A DNA stretch of 64,000 bases from Lama glama. Lineage: Eukaryota. The notes under the pieces were generated by a model, which saw only the letters and a list, made by a program, of their open reading frames with translations, was not told where the DNA came from and made no database searches. A program made the translations under genes and the position numbers. Below, piece after piece: positions 25,885 to 39,540 of the stretch (positions are counted from its first letter, which is position 1; every line of letters begins with the position of its first letter). Location of the stretch: assembly GCA_028534125.1 (NCBI GenBank), contig CM052817.1, forward strand, positions 55,554,001-55,618,000. The letters run 5' to 3'.

Positions 25885-26065
25885 GGCCAGAGTACTGACT
25901 GTGATAGAAAAGGTTCCAGTTCCATCCTCCCCACTTCCTGGAGATAGGACCACGGAAAGGACTTAACCTCCCGGAGCCTCAGAGGTTTTTTGTTTTTTTT
26001 TTTTTCCAATTTGTCAAAAAGTGATGTTTCCTTCAATTCCTATCTCAGAGAATTTACTGTCACTA
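25885..26065 (+). mobile_element. MIR SINE
   Basis: CCACTTCCTGGAG…GACTTAACCTCCCGGAGCCTCAG matches the MIR core. Confidence 0.6.
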
Positions 26066-26142
26066 TCACCAGAGAGTATGAGCCACACCATTTTATTATG
26101 AGAATCTCTACAAATAAAAGATGAAATATTTACTCTAGAATA

Positions 26143-26207
26143 GTTTTTTTTTTAATTGCAATTTTTTGATTTACAATGTTGTATTAGTTTCTGGTGTACA
26201 TCATAGT
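26143..26207 (-). mobile_element. Very short L1 3' tail
   Basis: T-run followed by TTGATTTACAATGTTGTATTAGTTTCTGGTGTACATCATAGT, the antisense of the tail type seen at 5170-5230 and 34215-34280. Confidence 0.75.
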
Positions 26208-26384
26208 TTAAAGCTTACCTCTTAATAAATGATATTGACAGAGGCTTATGTTTTCAAAATACCATTGGAAAAAAAATCTCTTTTCACTTTTAAATACTCA
26301 CTGTAATATAATTTGAACCCTAGATATAGTGGGTAATTTCATAAAATGAGTTCATTGTACGTTTATTGCCCAAGTTATTTAATT

Positions 26385-26490
26385 GGTAGTGGCTCTGCCA
26401 TTAGCTGTGTGATCTTGGGGAAGTTATTTAAAATACCTGTTCTTACCATCCTTTATCTTAAAAGCCAGGTTAATAATAGTGGTAGATGTG
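26385..26490 (+). mobile_element. MIR core fragment
   Basis: GGCTCTGCCATTAGCTGTGTGATCTTGGGGAAGTTATTTAA. Confidence 0.75.
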
Positions 26491-26674
26491 CAGAATAGAT
26501 TTCTAAATTTTAGAAGGTGCCTTTCATGTGGTAAAAACATGAAATTTTATGCTGTTATTATGCTATACTGTAATGCCAAGGGTTCTGTTTAATGCACAGA
26601 CAAAATTTGACCAATAATGAAAAAAAAAAGAACATAAATATCCACAATTTCAGTATCCCAACAATGTGGGATAT

Positions 26675-27174
26675 NNNNNNNNNNNNNNNNNNNNNNNNNN
26701 NNNNNNNNNNNNNNNNNNNNNNNNNNNNNNNNNNNNNNNNNNNNNNNNNNNNNNNNNNNNNNNNNNNNNNNNNNNNNNNNNNNNNNNNNNNNNNNNNNNN
26801 NNNNNNNNNNNNNNNNNNNNNNNNNNNNNNNNNNNNNNNNNNNNNNNNNNNNNNNNNNNNNNNNNNNNNNNNNNNNNNNNNNNNNNNNNNNNNNNNNNNN
26901 NNNNNNNNNNNNNNNNNNNNNNNNNNNNNNNNNNNNNNNNNNNNNNNNNNNNNNNNNNNNNNNNNNNNNNNNNNNNNNNNNNNNNNNNNNNNNNNNNNNN
27001 NNNNNNNNNNNNNNNNNNNNNNNNNNNNNNNNNNNNNNNNNNNNNNNNNNNNNNNNNNNNNNNNNNNNNNNNNNNNNNNNNNNNNNNNNNNNNNNNNNNN
27101 NNNNNNNNNNNNNNNNNNNNNNNNNNNNNNNNNNNNNNNNNNNNNNNNNNNNNNNNNNNNNNNNNNNNNNNNNN
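26675..27174. other. Assembly gap (500 N)
   Basis: Exactly 500 consecutive N. Confidence 1.
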
Positions 27175-27934
27175 TATCTTTGTCTAAATCATTGTTTGCA
27201 TTTCCTTGCATATAGACCTCATACAAGGAAATTGCTGAATGCATATTTACACAGCAAACTCAATCTACAAAAATAGTAACAGGAATTTAAATTCTTACAG
27301 AAGTAAAAAAATGAAAGTTTTCATGAAGTTTTTTAATTAAAAAATGAAAATAATGTTCATTATAGAAAAATGGAAAATATAGAATAATTTGGACTTTCAG
27401 AAGGTGTATAGTAACTTATAAAAGTTTTGTATGTTTTTTAGTTTTAACATAAACCTGGGTTCCCTACCCATCTTTCCTATAAATAAAATGCAGTGCATTA
27501 AATGGAGTAACTGCATTTTCCTAACTGATACATGTTCAAGATTAATTATTGGGGCATGCACATTTCATATTGAATCCCTTAAAGCTGTCTTACCTAATAA
27601 CTCATAACTGTGCCTGAAGTTGCACTAGCATAAAGGGAAAAAAAAAAGAGTCCAAAATACCAGTTGCAAAACCCAAATTACCATGGCTTTGCAATCACAC
27701 CTTTGGAGGAATGTATTCCTTTCCATTCCCTAACTCAAATATCTTAGATAATTCATGAAGTCTTCAGGGTACTGTCCAGCGCCCCTTGAGTTAGATTTCT
27801 AGGCTACCTCAGGGAGTATGTGTCGGTTGTCCTCCCTTGGTCTGGCACATTAAGTGATGCCACTTGGCACTACTCTCATCACACCAAAGCATTAGGTATA
27901 TTCCCAGTGTCTGAACAGATATTCAGCCATCACT

Positions 27935-28560
27935 GTTGCTTCACATCTAATAAGTATCTAAAATTAAGCATTTCAAAAACATATTTTTATTTCTTCTCCC
28001 CTATAAACATATTTCTTAGATAACATCTTCCATCTCAGGGAAGGGCACCACCCTTCATGCAGTTGCTAAAGCCAAATCTAAGAGGTTGTCTTTGGTTTCT
28101 CACTTTTGACATCCAATCTACATCATATCTTAGCTTTTCTCCAAAATATATTCTGCATATTTCCACTTCTGTCCAGCTTCACTGTATTCCTAGTCAAGCA
28201 TCAACCACAATTCACTTAGGCTCTTCAAACAGCATCTATCTGGGCTTCTGATTTCTATCACTATGCCAGAAATCTCATTTGCACTGAATTCCTGGGGGAT
28301 CGTTCCAAATGTAAATCATGTCAAGTAACTTCTCTGCTCAGAATCCTTCAATGGCTTACCATTGGAAAGAGATTAAAATTTCTATATCTCATTCTAGCTT
28401 ATAAAGCTTTACACGAATGGGCCTCTGCCTAAATCTTTGATCTCATCTCATAATGCTCATGAATTAAGCCTTCTTGCTCCACTTCTCTCAGATACTTGAA
28501 TAGCTGGTTCACTGTCATTCAGATCACATCTCAAATGACAATTTAAGTAAAAATATATTC
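27935..28560 (+). mobile_element. L2 LINE fragment
   Basis: CCATCTCAGGGAAGGGCACCACCCTTCATGCAGTTGCTAAAGCCAAA…TCTCTGCTCAGAATCCTTCAATGGCTTACCATTG are typical L2 ORF2 3' motifs. Confidence 0.8.
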
Positions 28561-29939
28561 TGTTAATGTCTTTGTGCAATGATTTTCTTCCTACTTGATG
28601 GTGCTTAATAACCTATACGTACATTTCCTAATTGACGTGAGTACAATAGCAAATAATTTTTTAAAGCTATATGAAGGGTAAATTTTCTGAACAGTTGCTT
28701 TTCTGTGAATAACTTTAAGTTGCATTAAAAATAAATTATCCAGATTGAAAATTTCTGAGGATTTTTTTCCCTCAAAAATAAGTATTCCATAAGTTATCAC
28801 ATTTAATATTTCAGACATATGAATACTTTTGTCTTGTTTTTTAAAAAAAAAACCTGTAGTTTTCCTTTTCAATATGAAGATTTGTGAGCTACGTCTTAAG
28901 TTTCTAAAATGTTATACATCAATTTTTGTAGGTTTTTAATAATGTTCAGCACTTTCAAATAGCATACTCTGATAATCCATCACACTGGAAAGTCTTAATG
29001 TACTTACTTTGTTAATTTTCTTTAAAATTTTGTTTTTATCTCTTCAATCCCAATCAGCTAATAGAGGCAGAGGGTGCCTATACCTTGGTCTGAAGATCCG
29101 TGGTTTAGTTTAGAAAATATTTCCTAGAAATTCAGGTTTGAGGGTGTCAATTTAGTACTCTAAAAGATGTTTGAACTAAATCTATTTTAAAAAACCTAAT
29201 TGTACTTGAAGTAGGTAGAAATAATTTTGTTATTTTTAACTTATTAGATTTTCTGTTTAGTAATTCTTACCAGAAGAGAATTCAGGCAACAAAACAGACT
29301 CTAAAGGAAGTGGGAGTCAAGGATCATTATGTGACATGGCTGGGGTAGAAGGCAGCAAAAAACACTATTAAATTATGAGTAACTGATAAAATGAATACAG
29401 ATAGAAAGCACTTAACCTAGTTGATGAAAGTACGCCATTGCTGAGTCAAGGTATCACTGCTGAAAACGACTGACTACATACAGTGCAGGAATGCTTTAAG
29501 CAGCAGCATCAGGCCTCTTTCATGAAAGTTCATGTACTGATTGGTCAACAGAGAGTTTCCAATATTATAGTTGAGACATTCTGGTGAATTTAAATAAATC
29601 TTTGCATCCCACATTCCTAAACTTCGTGCATATCTTCTGACAGCAGAGGATGCCACCTTACAAGTCCAATGAAGTAGTTCATGTCCTGAAAAACTTGTAA
29701 TAACATCACCTGCACAATTTACATTGCCATTCTCCTCATGCCTCACTTCTCTATTCCTTCCAAAATTACCTCTAGATTTATAACTGAATCATATCCTAGC
29801 TTTCACAGAGGATTGTATACAATTTTTAACTCAAAAGGAAAAGGCTTATACACCAAAAGAATTTCAAGATTTTATTTATGTCAATGTAAATCTTAAGACT
29901 ATGTGTAGACATAGATTCAGAGGGTGTTACATGAGAGAA

Positions 29940-30270
29940 GCTGGCTTTGTCAATATGGATGTATTAATAATTCTATATGAAAGGTGCCAACTCTTGGTTG
30001 ATTGACGAACATCTGGACTCAGTGTTGGTCCATGTTCGTTGCAGTTGGGTTTCTGTAAATTGTTCAGTATAACATAATAAGAAGGAATTCTGGAAGTCAG
30101 ACGTGAATTTGGGGCTTACATTTCTGATTAGTAAAAAGTAAGTAGCCTGTCAAATCTTATTGTAATCATGGTGATACCTTAGCAAACTCATGAATGGCAT
30201 TTACTAGCTGCAGAGTCCTCATCTCTGGAATAGTTTTAGCAGGATATACCTGACATAGTCAGGATTGTTT
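29940..30270 (+). mobile_element. Possible CR1/L3 fragment
   Basis: GAGTCCTCATCTCTGGAATAGTTTTAGCAG weakly resembles the CR1/L3 3' region. Confidence 0.3.
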
Positions 30271-32194
30271 CCAGTAAACACACCTGGAATCTATGAATTT
30301 ATTAAATCTTTGGTGAGTGGCTCCTTGCAAAATATCACTTAAACTATGTAACTTTTGGAGTATAAGATGAAGCTATTTCATGACCAAAATAGCTTCCTTT
30401 TGAGGAACATGCATCACTCACGGACCTATTATGTTAACTCTAAGCCAAAAATCAACCTAACATAAGATGCCAAGGCGTGGAAAGTGTTTCAGTAGTCCAG
30501 ATGTCACCCCATTTCACTTGGGTTTCACTATGACCTGTGTCTTTGAAAGTATTACCATAATTTGATAACAGAATAAGACCACTGATTATGACTGTTGGCC
30601 TGATACTTTGGATCATCTTGATACCATTGGCCATAACTTGGACCTATAGGTATTCAAAAAAGAGACTGGAAAATATAGTCTGAGCTCTGGATGGTCAGAT
30701 ATCTCACTAAAAGCAGAAAACTTACTTACGAAGTTAGAAGGCAAGCCTGGATATTGAGCAATCAGCTGTCCCTAACACAGAAGGTAGAGAGAAAGAAATC
30801 TGCGTGCTTTTCAGGGACTTTTGAAGAGAGCAACTCATGCTGGATCAGAGTGATTTGTCAGGATGATCAAAGCTGGATCGTGGATGGCATCCTGGCCTCA
30901 GTTTGAGTGTCCCTGTTGTCAGTTCCCTCCTTCCTCACCTGCTTCAGGCACCATCAGAGCAGTAGTTCTGGAACTCACTTGTTTGGCTGCCACAGTAGAC
31001 TTAACAACTTCGCAGTACCTGTTTTCAACACACTTAGCCATCTGTTTTCAGCACATTTATCCATTTGTTTTCAGTCAGATTTCTGAAGTGAAAGATCACT
31101 TTGACTGTAGTCATTTCTCCTTGTGCCCAGAATGGCTGTGAGTTTGTTGATAGAGTTTTTCAAAGACTTTAATTCCTGTTGTAGAATAGAATGTTTACTT
31201 TAAGTACCAGTTAGGTTTCAAAAAGAAGTCTCCTCTGTTTCATTCTTTATTCTGCACGTATCTTTTTCTATACTTCAGTAGTAGCTCAGTTAGATATTAG
31301 GCTCCATTTAAAAATTTCTTTATAGGAAAGAAAAAAATACATGAAGAAACTCTTGTGTTGATATAAATCTGTGCAAGAATATATGGTAAACAAGCTTATA
31401 AAATTATTAATTTGTCCATTTATTAAAAACTATTAAGGGCTTTTATGGTATTTTTTATCAAGGCAAGACCAAAAACATTTTACAAAATTGTCAAGTGTTT
31501 CTTAACACATTGTATTTGTTGTCAAACCTCCATATCAAACCCAGGCCACACCAATCTTACATTCTTAAACATCTGTAAAGCTAATGAGGTGTCTTTCCCA
31601 GGTTTATATAGTATAGTACCAAAGAGCCTGCAAGGAATTAATTTACCCTGCAAAATAAGAAAGAGACTAAACTCCAAGAAAAATGTCTTCAGGACTCAAA
31701 CAAGGAAATGTATTAGGATATAAGGTAATAATCAACAATGTCTGTAGTCAGTTGAAATTAGAAGCCCAACTTAAAGGCATTGAAAATATATTAATAAACA
31801 ATAAATACTGCCCACAATGAACTAGGTTATCATCCCTCTTCTGGAAATGAAGATTTGGGTAAAGAAGAGTGAGCCACTGTGTCAGCTCCAGGAGAAAGCT
31901 AGAACTCCACAGTAAAAGAGCAAGCAGAAAGACGAGCCATTTGACTAAGTCCCTGTGGGACAGCGAGGATGCCACAGCATCAGCATCCTCGGAGCCAGCG
32001 GCTGCTGCAGGGAGGGAGGCAGTTCCAAGAGCAGCAGGTCCTCAGAGCACGCATCAGTGTTCACAGCATCAGGACTTGGAATCTTTCCTGGCAGAGGTAC
32101 CTTTGGGTGTTGTTAAGCCACAGTGTGATGGCAGTACATTCAGTAGAACCTGTGGTTGAACAACTGCATTAGCTGTCTGTAACACCAGAAGTTG

Positions 32195-32365
32195 ATGATA
32201 ATAGAAGAGATGTTTGGTGCCTTTCTGTGTGCCACCCATGTTCCCAGGGCTTACTTGTATTGACTCATTGAATCCGTGACCTTAGCCCTCTTGCTCAAAG
32301 TCACACATTATGTGTGCCTAGCCAGAATTCAAACTCAGGATCTGTACTTTCAAACACTAAGCTAT
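32195..32365 (-). mobile_element. MIR SINE
   Basis: TGTATTGACTCATTGAATCC…CTTGCTCAAAGTCACAC…GCCAGAATTCAAACTCAGG. Confidence 0.7.
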
Positions 32366-33068
32366 GCTGAGAGAGTGGATAATTAAAGAGTCACATAACA
32401 GATTTCCAGGGAATCCCAGAATGAGTTGGAAACTTTAGAGGTTGGCAGGAGTGAGGGTAGCACAAAGAGAAGGTAGCACAACCAGAGAAATAGTGTGGGG
32501 TCTGTAATGTACCCTTATTTTCTCTCTTACGGTAGTTCTTGAGAAGCATAGGTTATGGACTGTTAGAGAAAATGGATTTTCTTAAGGAATTCAAAGATAA
32601 AATGTCTGCCTATGAACATAATCTTGACTATATTTCAGTTATAAAATGGAAATACCTTACTTTGCTTTTTACATTACATCCACAGGAAAGAGGGGTAAGT
32701 AGCATAGATTATCATAGATTGGCATTCCAGCAGTTTGTAAAGATTCTCAAAATACGGTATATTATCTGGAAATCAAAACAATATTTACTTATGTAAATAG
32801 CATTGCATTCATCGCCACAGGCACAGATTTTTTCACAATATAACATGATAATCAAATTTGTCAGATATTAATTGCATGGGAGTTACGTAATAAATGTAAA
32901 TAACCTCAGTTTCTAGATTGTGTAATTAGTATATTTCATTTAAAAATTGTGACATTTATAGACTGTATACTAGATTTAGTTTGACATCTCTATTGGCCAA
33001 TTGAAAAATAATAAGGCTGAGTTCACATTCTTATTAAATGTGAGACTCAAAAGTCTTATCTCCTAGAG

Positions 33069-34040
33069 TAGTGGTATTCAAACTTTCAAAATTACAGACC
33101 TTGTTCACTAAATAATTATTAAACTATCTCAAAATATAAATATATTAAAATACATTGTATATGGGATGACTATCATCATGTTACACATTTTGTAAACAGA
33201 ATCAGAATACTCAAAATAGAAATCTTTAAAAGGAAATAAAGTTAAAATAAATTCTTATAAATATATTTCTAATCACAAGTACTTCAGAGCATTCTTAATA
33301 CACAAATTAAACCACAAGGTAGAGCACTATTCATTTTTAGGGATAGTGGATGCAGATCCCTATTTCCAATAACCTGATTTTTTCCATCTGTTGCCAGTCT
33401 TTTATCAGATATGATTAAAATCATCATTGTTTTGTCTCATGATATAGCAGATGAAGCACTTTGACTGGAATGTGTCAAATGTCATATCTGCTCTTTTCTC
33501 AGTTTGTGTTTGAACCATTGGTGCTATTTTACATAAGCTGTTTCCTTACAGGAATATTGTAAGGTCATTATCAGTTTTTGAGATTTATTTAGCTTAAACT
33601 AGCCATTATAACCCATAATCATGTTAATCTAGCATATGTACAGTGTACTTTGTCAGAACACATTCAAAGGAAAGAAGATATTGAGAGTGTTCCTACTGCC
33701 TCATGGAATTCTCTCTTCCTTAAGGATGTATACTATTCTGCACATCACACATGACCTTCTGATAAATACCGCCTTAGAGAAGGTGCCAGCCTAAATACTA
33801 AATGTTAGTAAAGCATAATTCTTTTTTATTTTTAAAAGTTCAAAATTTATATTAAATGCATACTTCTCATTTCTGATACATACTATTTAGATCATTGATA
33901 TGTAATTACTTTTAACTATCAGTCATTTATAATAGAAAGAAGCAATAAAATATGCACATTTATATTAAATATGTCTTTTAAAAAATTTGGAACATTGAAT
34001 ATTCTGTAAGCTTTGTGGTCCAGTCACTCTGAAGAGTGTT
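33069..34040. mobile_element. Possible hAT-Charlie DNA transposon relic
   Basis: Starts TAGTGGTATTCAAACTTT (like CAGTGGTTCTCAAACT) right after CCTAGAG, which resembles the Charlie NTCTAGAN target. AT-rich body; right end poorly defined. Confidence 0.4.
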
Positions 34041-34214
34041 TCAGGTCTTCTGCCTAAATAAAAACCAATAATTAGCAACATATATTTTTGCCTTTAAAAT
34101 TCTCTGAAGTTAGACATAGAGCATCAGCAAGGCATAAAAAGATTTGTGAAAACGGTTGTATTTTCTAACTATATTCTTGAGATTGCAAAAAAAAAATAAT
34201 ATATTAAAGTAGGT

Positions 34215-34322
34215 ATCACTTTGCTGTACTCCTAAAACTAGCACAACGTTGTAAATCAACTATACAACAATAAAAATTTAAAACTATATATATATTGTGT
34301 GTGTGCGTGTGTATACACACAC
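34215..34322 (+). mobile_element. Short L1 3' tail followed by a TA/TG/CA microsatellite
   Basis: ATCACTTTGCTGTACTCCTAAAACTAGCACAACGTTGTAAATCAACTATAC…AATAAAAA, then (TA)n(TG)n. Confidence 0.8.
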
Positions 34323-36489
34323 CCATACATAAAAAGTCACCAATAGTGGTGATCAAGTAGTCTTAAGTTTTCCAAGTAGAAAATTTATTCTACACAAGGG
34401 GTTGACTTCTGTGATTGCAGTTTATTTAACAATATTAACTGATAAATATATTTTATATTTTGAAGACAAGACATCACATATTACTTTTGTTAATATTTAT
34501 CTCTATAAATCTAAAAACCTTTTACCCACCCACCCTCTGATTATGTGTGTATTCAACACCTAATGAATGACAATCCTATCTCTTAAATCAGAAATAATTG
34601 AGTATTAGACAGAGATATTCTCAATACCTATTATTCAAACTCATATTTTATGTATGTAAATACACAAGTTTCTTTTCCTTTCTTTCTTCCTCCTTCCTTT
34701 ACTTCTTTCCTTTTTATGTAATTAATGCAAAGTGATAAAAATCAAATCTTTTTTGTTGATTCTTAATAATAAAATTTTGTTCAGAATATAGAATATGTAA
34801 CAATTTAAAAATCACATTCTTCTTCCCATTGCTAGGGACTGACTCATTTTATATCTCAGACACTATAAAGGATTCATTGATAGCTGATAGATAAGATTTT
34901 CATCTGGAGACCTGAATTCATATCAGAACGCCATATAATTTCTCAAATGGCATACATTTCAATCAAAATTCTGCCATATCTGACAGTATTCTTTTCATCT
35001 AAAAGCTAAATGTGACTGATATCATTCTCTAAGATTTTATAGCTTAAATATGTCAATAATGCAAATTTACAAAGATGTTTTTCTGTAGCCACTTCAACCA
35101 TTGAAAAGCTATGGCTGATAAGAGGCAAATAAACTTAATTTGTAAGATAAATAAAATATGTTAATATGAATAAGATGTACTTTACTGATCTATCCATTTT
35201 TTGTTAGTCGCCATTACTCTCCAGTGTGCAGAAAGAAATTTGGCATGATAATAAGCAGTCTTATTTGGAATACATGAGGGGCATACAGTAAATGAAAATA
35301 TATTGAATTACTAATACTAATGTAATTAGTAATTTAGAAATGAGGTTTCTTGTGTTGACTCTTAATTTCCTGATAAAACACATTTGATTTTTCTTTTTTC
35401 CTGAGTGTAAGATTCTCCAGTGATGAATTGGATATTCAGTATCCTTTTCTCCCCCTTTTCCCACATCTGAGTTATATTTCTCTGAGTTATCCTATATTAC
35501 ACAACGCATCCTATTTAACAGTAAGATTTTCGGCTTTTTGAAGGTAGCATGCTTGCAATTTTCATAGCATGTTAAAGTAATTTTTATTTCAATTTTATAA
35601 ATGGAGTAATTAAGGCATGGGCATTTTAAAATTCATTGATGCACTACTGAGACTCTCAACTGGACATTTTCCACTGGAAATTAAATATAAATTCAAGTAG
35701 CAATTACTCTAGGTAGTTCTCTGGGTGTGTTATTTCATAATAGTCACTCTATGGCAGCTAAAGATACCATATTCATTATAAATTCACACACATTCATCTA
35801 CCAATGCATTCATTTTCAAGTGCTCTGTACATGGTGATGGAGGTATTTCCTATGTTGTATGTGGAATGAGCTGCTCATTTAGCAAAGGACTAAGCTTCTT
35901 AGCAGGGGAATTTGTATGGAAGTGAGAGCATCATGCTATGAGTGGAGGGAGAGTGAAGAGGTGCTTCCTATTAATGCCTGATCCCCAATAAAAAACAGAG
36001 TTCCTTCAGTGGAAGGAGGTGGTCCTTCACCATAGATATTAGGATAGTTGACTCCTTCTAAAGAAAAATAATAAGCTTACGCTATAGGCCTTAATATAGT
36101 GATTCAATTACTGTTTTATCTAGTCCACTGGTCTGGCCTTTTCTTACAGTTTATTTATGAATGCCTGAACTTGCTTCACACCACTTTCTCAGAGAAACGA
36201 GTTTCTATTGTAGAAAGACAAAGGAGCTAAATTCCTCAGTGGCAATACAAGCTTAGTATTATTATTATCAATGGTAAAATAGTAATAATAATAAAATAGT
36301 ATTTTGTGGGAGAAAAGACCAGAGTCCCTAAATGGCCTAAATAAAATGGGTAACATACTGGAAAATCTAACTACAGCCTCCAATATGTTGCTTCTAAAAG
36401 GCAAATCGGTGGGGACCTCACATTAGGGAATGTCTCTGCCCTGATGTGCTTCTTAGCAGGTGAAGACCTATCACTCGTGGTCATCAGGT

Positions 36490-36990
36490 TTTGAGTCTCA
36501 TATGATTCATTGAATCGCAAGAAACAGATGCCTGACTTGAAGTAGGTTAAATAATAGAAATTTACATTTCCATGTAACAAGTAGCCCACACGTGGGAAAT
36601 TCCAGAGCTGATACAGCAGTTGAACAGACTAGGCCTCCAGGTTCACTTCCCTGGTATATTCTTGGCTTACACCTTTTGATTATAAGAAAACTACAGCAGC
36701 CTTCAATTACCTGAATAGGAAGGGGGCAAGGACTGTTTACCTGTTTTGCTCAGACGAAATCCATGTCCTGGAAGCCTCACCCCCTTATTTTTAAAATTAA
36801 ATGCCAGGAGGATGTCATATTTTTATTTTAAGTTAATTACTGGCAAGTGGGACTGAGATACCATAATTGACATAGAAGAAATATGATTCATGCCCTGGGA
36901 TATGGGACACTGCCACTCACAAGTGAAAAAAGAGACAAGGAGAAAGTGGACCTTTGTTAAAGGGTAGCTAATAAACACTATCTGGCCCAT
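36490..36990. mobile_element. MaLR LTR (MLT1J/K/L-like), degraded
   Basis: GCAAGAAACAGATGCCTGACTTGAAGTAGGTTAAATAATAGAAATTTA…CATGTAACAAGTAGCCCA matches recalled old MLT1 motifs. Confidence 0.6.
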
Positions 36991-37461
36991 TATTTTATTT
37001 GCCATTTTTTCTCCTTAGCTCTCTTCGTCTATAAATTGGAAGTAATTTATGATCTCATGGGCTTTCATGGGTTGTTTCATTAAACATCAATTGAGTTTGT
37101 GTACTGGACGCTACAAATACAAACATTTTTATAAAATAGATCTTAGTAGCAAATTCATCTTACCTAGTCTGGAAGGCAAGATTTAAAAACAACAAAAGAT
37201 TTTCACTATGAGGATCTGAGTTTTAAAGCAGAGTAGATATTGTCCATGTGAAGGTCAAGTGAAGAGGAATGGTGTGTGCAGGGAGAAGGGGAGTAAAATA
37301 ATGAAGGACACGACTGACAAAGAGCTGATTGTGCCTCGAGGAACTCTAAGCAGGTCCCTGTTTCTGGAGAGTGCATACAGCTCAAGGACAGGAGACATGC
37401 TAGACATGGAGTGGTAGATTACATTGTAAAAATTAACATGATAGAGTTGTAGATTAATAAA

Positions 37462-37815
37462 TGATCATGGACTGTTTCTGTTCTTTCCGAAATTCGTAAG
37501 TTGAATCCCTAACCTCAGATGTGATGGTATTTGGAAATGGGGCTTTGGGAAAGTAATTAGATCTAGATGAAGTCGTGAAAGTGGGGTCCTCACGACAGAA
37601 TCAGTGCCCTTATAAAAAGAGATTAGAGAACTTGTTCTCTCTCTCAAGGATACATCAAAAAGACAGCCATCTGCAAACCAGGAAAAGAGCTCTCACCAGG
37701 AGCTAACTGGCCAGACTCTTGATTTGAGACTTCCTACCTTCCAAAATTGTGAGAATTGAATTTCTATTATTTAAGACACCCAGTCTATTTTCAGATAACA
37801 GCCAGAGCTAAGACG
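37462..37815 (+). mobile_element. MaLR LTR (MLT1A/A0-like)
   Basis: AAATTCGTAAGTTGAATCCCTAACCTCAGATGTGATGGTATTTGGAAATGGGGCTTTGGG…CAGCCATCTGCAAACCAGGAA…CTAAGAC; near full length. Confidence 0.9.
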
Positions 37816-38714
37816 TGAATATACAACATCATTGGAATACTTTAATAACCCTGATAAACTTGGGAAAAAAAAGTGATTCAATCTTAGAGCAGAGTCAGAG
37901 ACAAGAAGTGCAGCACAGAAGTTATTTAACATCAACAGATGTCTTAAGGACAAAAGAATTGGGGAGATCTAAAGCTTGTTATGAAAAGAAAAGCAGCCTG
38001 CTTATGTGGTTAACTAAGCATCATATCTTAGTGAAAAACTCTGAGATCACTACACTTGAAGAATAGTACTCCAGAGAAAGAGAGAGGCCATTCCAGTTTC
38101 TGAGAGATTGTAGCCAAGGTGGGGGGGACTTACACATCTCCTGGTGGGTGTTGTGGCCTGTGGGTTTTGACAGGAAAAGTCACTTCTAAGATGTCTGCTT
38201 GGGAATCATTGCCCTCAGGAGGCAGTTGGGTTATAGTAGAGCAATCAGTGAAGGGTAGTTTCAGAGAAGTAGTGGAAATTTGAGGAATTGTGCTAGGGAC
38301 CCAGAAGAGAGAGAATATGGCCTCCTGTTTGAGAATGTTCTTAGGTAGTTATGATCTAGATGGGGATGATCTTATTGGAAGATCTTAGATTCTGTATCCT
38401 GCTCAGTTCCAGATAACAGTGCTGTCTTGTGCATTTATAGGAGAGAGGGTGCCACGCATAGAGCAAAAGATCTGGTGGCCTCTCTTAACACATGCTTGGT
38501 ATTTCTACCAAACAGGAATAACATGTATTTATGGTTACTAAGATGTATTTAAACACGATTACTTTTTTTGAACATTTTGTTAGATTTGGAATAAATAAAT
38601 GCCACCGAAGTCTCATCTATTACAGAACACCAGGATGAATTTGAAGTACTCACCCCAGATTTACTTGGTAGCATTCTGAGAACATACATACTTTCTTAAA
38701 CCCAGATTGAGCAG

Positions 38715-39076
38715 TGTTATAAACTGTTAAAACTGAGGAACATTACAATTTTCAAAGGTTTGTTTGAGTATGCATTGATTCCAGTCCAGCAGTGCCAAAT
38801 AAACAATGATTCAGATTGCTCCTGTGACAGGAGCTAGAGGAAAGATTTTTATAGTGAAGACAGGAAAGCAAAGCAAGGAAAATGATTTGACTAGCCATAG
38901 CTTAAGCAGTTCCCCTGTTTGGGAGAGCCTCCTTGGATGTTTATAATTGTCATTAAGTTTCATTTTCTCAGATTCGAGTGCATAGACTCTGGCTTAGCTT
39001 TTGGTTTGCTTACGTAGGCTACCCAGGAATTAGAGCCACTGTAGCCTAATGGCTTCCTTCTTTAAATACTTTAATA
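38715..39076 (-). mobile_element. ERV1-class LTR (MER4/MER67-group-like)
   Basis: The minus strand reads …GGAAGCCATTAGGCTACAGTGGCTCTAA…GCCTACGTAAGCAAACC…, with a TATA-like CTATAAAA. No clean TSD found. Confidence 0.6.
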
Positions 39077-39540
39077 ATAATGCTAAAAAATAACAAAAAC
39101 ATAAACTTTTGCCATTATAATGTGTTAAGGATTTCATTATTTTATATAGAGAATAAATATAAACCTTTAAGAACTATATAATCCATACATTCATCTCCCT
39201 ACAATGTGTTCCAAATATTTTATTTTTAAACCACAGGTTAATATCAAAACCAAAGCAGTTTTATTCAGATGTGGATTATATAGTAATACAAATGGTTTAT
39301 TTTTATACAGATAGTTTATTTTTTTGATGCAGTTATACATTTGTTTATTTTACTCCAACAAAATCAGTGGGTATTTACTTTGATTTTACTTGGTTTTGTT
39401 TTACTTTACCTATTTTTTTTAATAAATGTATTGCTTTATTTAACTTGGTGTAAATTGATATCTTAAAAATAATGGTGTTAAACACAGAATAGGTTATTTT
39501 CTTAGAGTAAACACTCCTTCTATAAAGCACCTCTTAATAT

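Noticed and set aside
26558..27244. Three long ORFs (173-228 aa) in the ORF track
   Set aside because: They are open only because they run through the 500-N gap.
27775..27795. Partial CTCF-like motif CAGCGCCCCTTGAG
   Set aside because: The 3' half (CTAGTGG/CTGGTGG) does not match; too weak without ChIP data.
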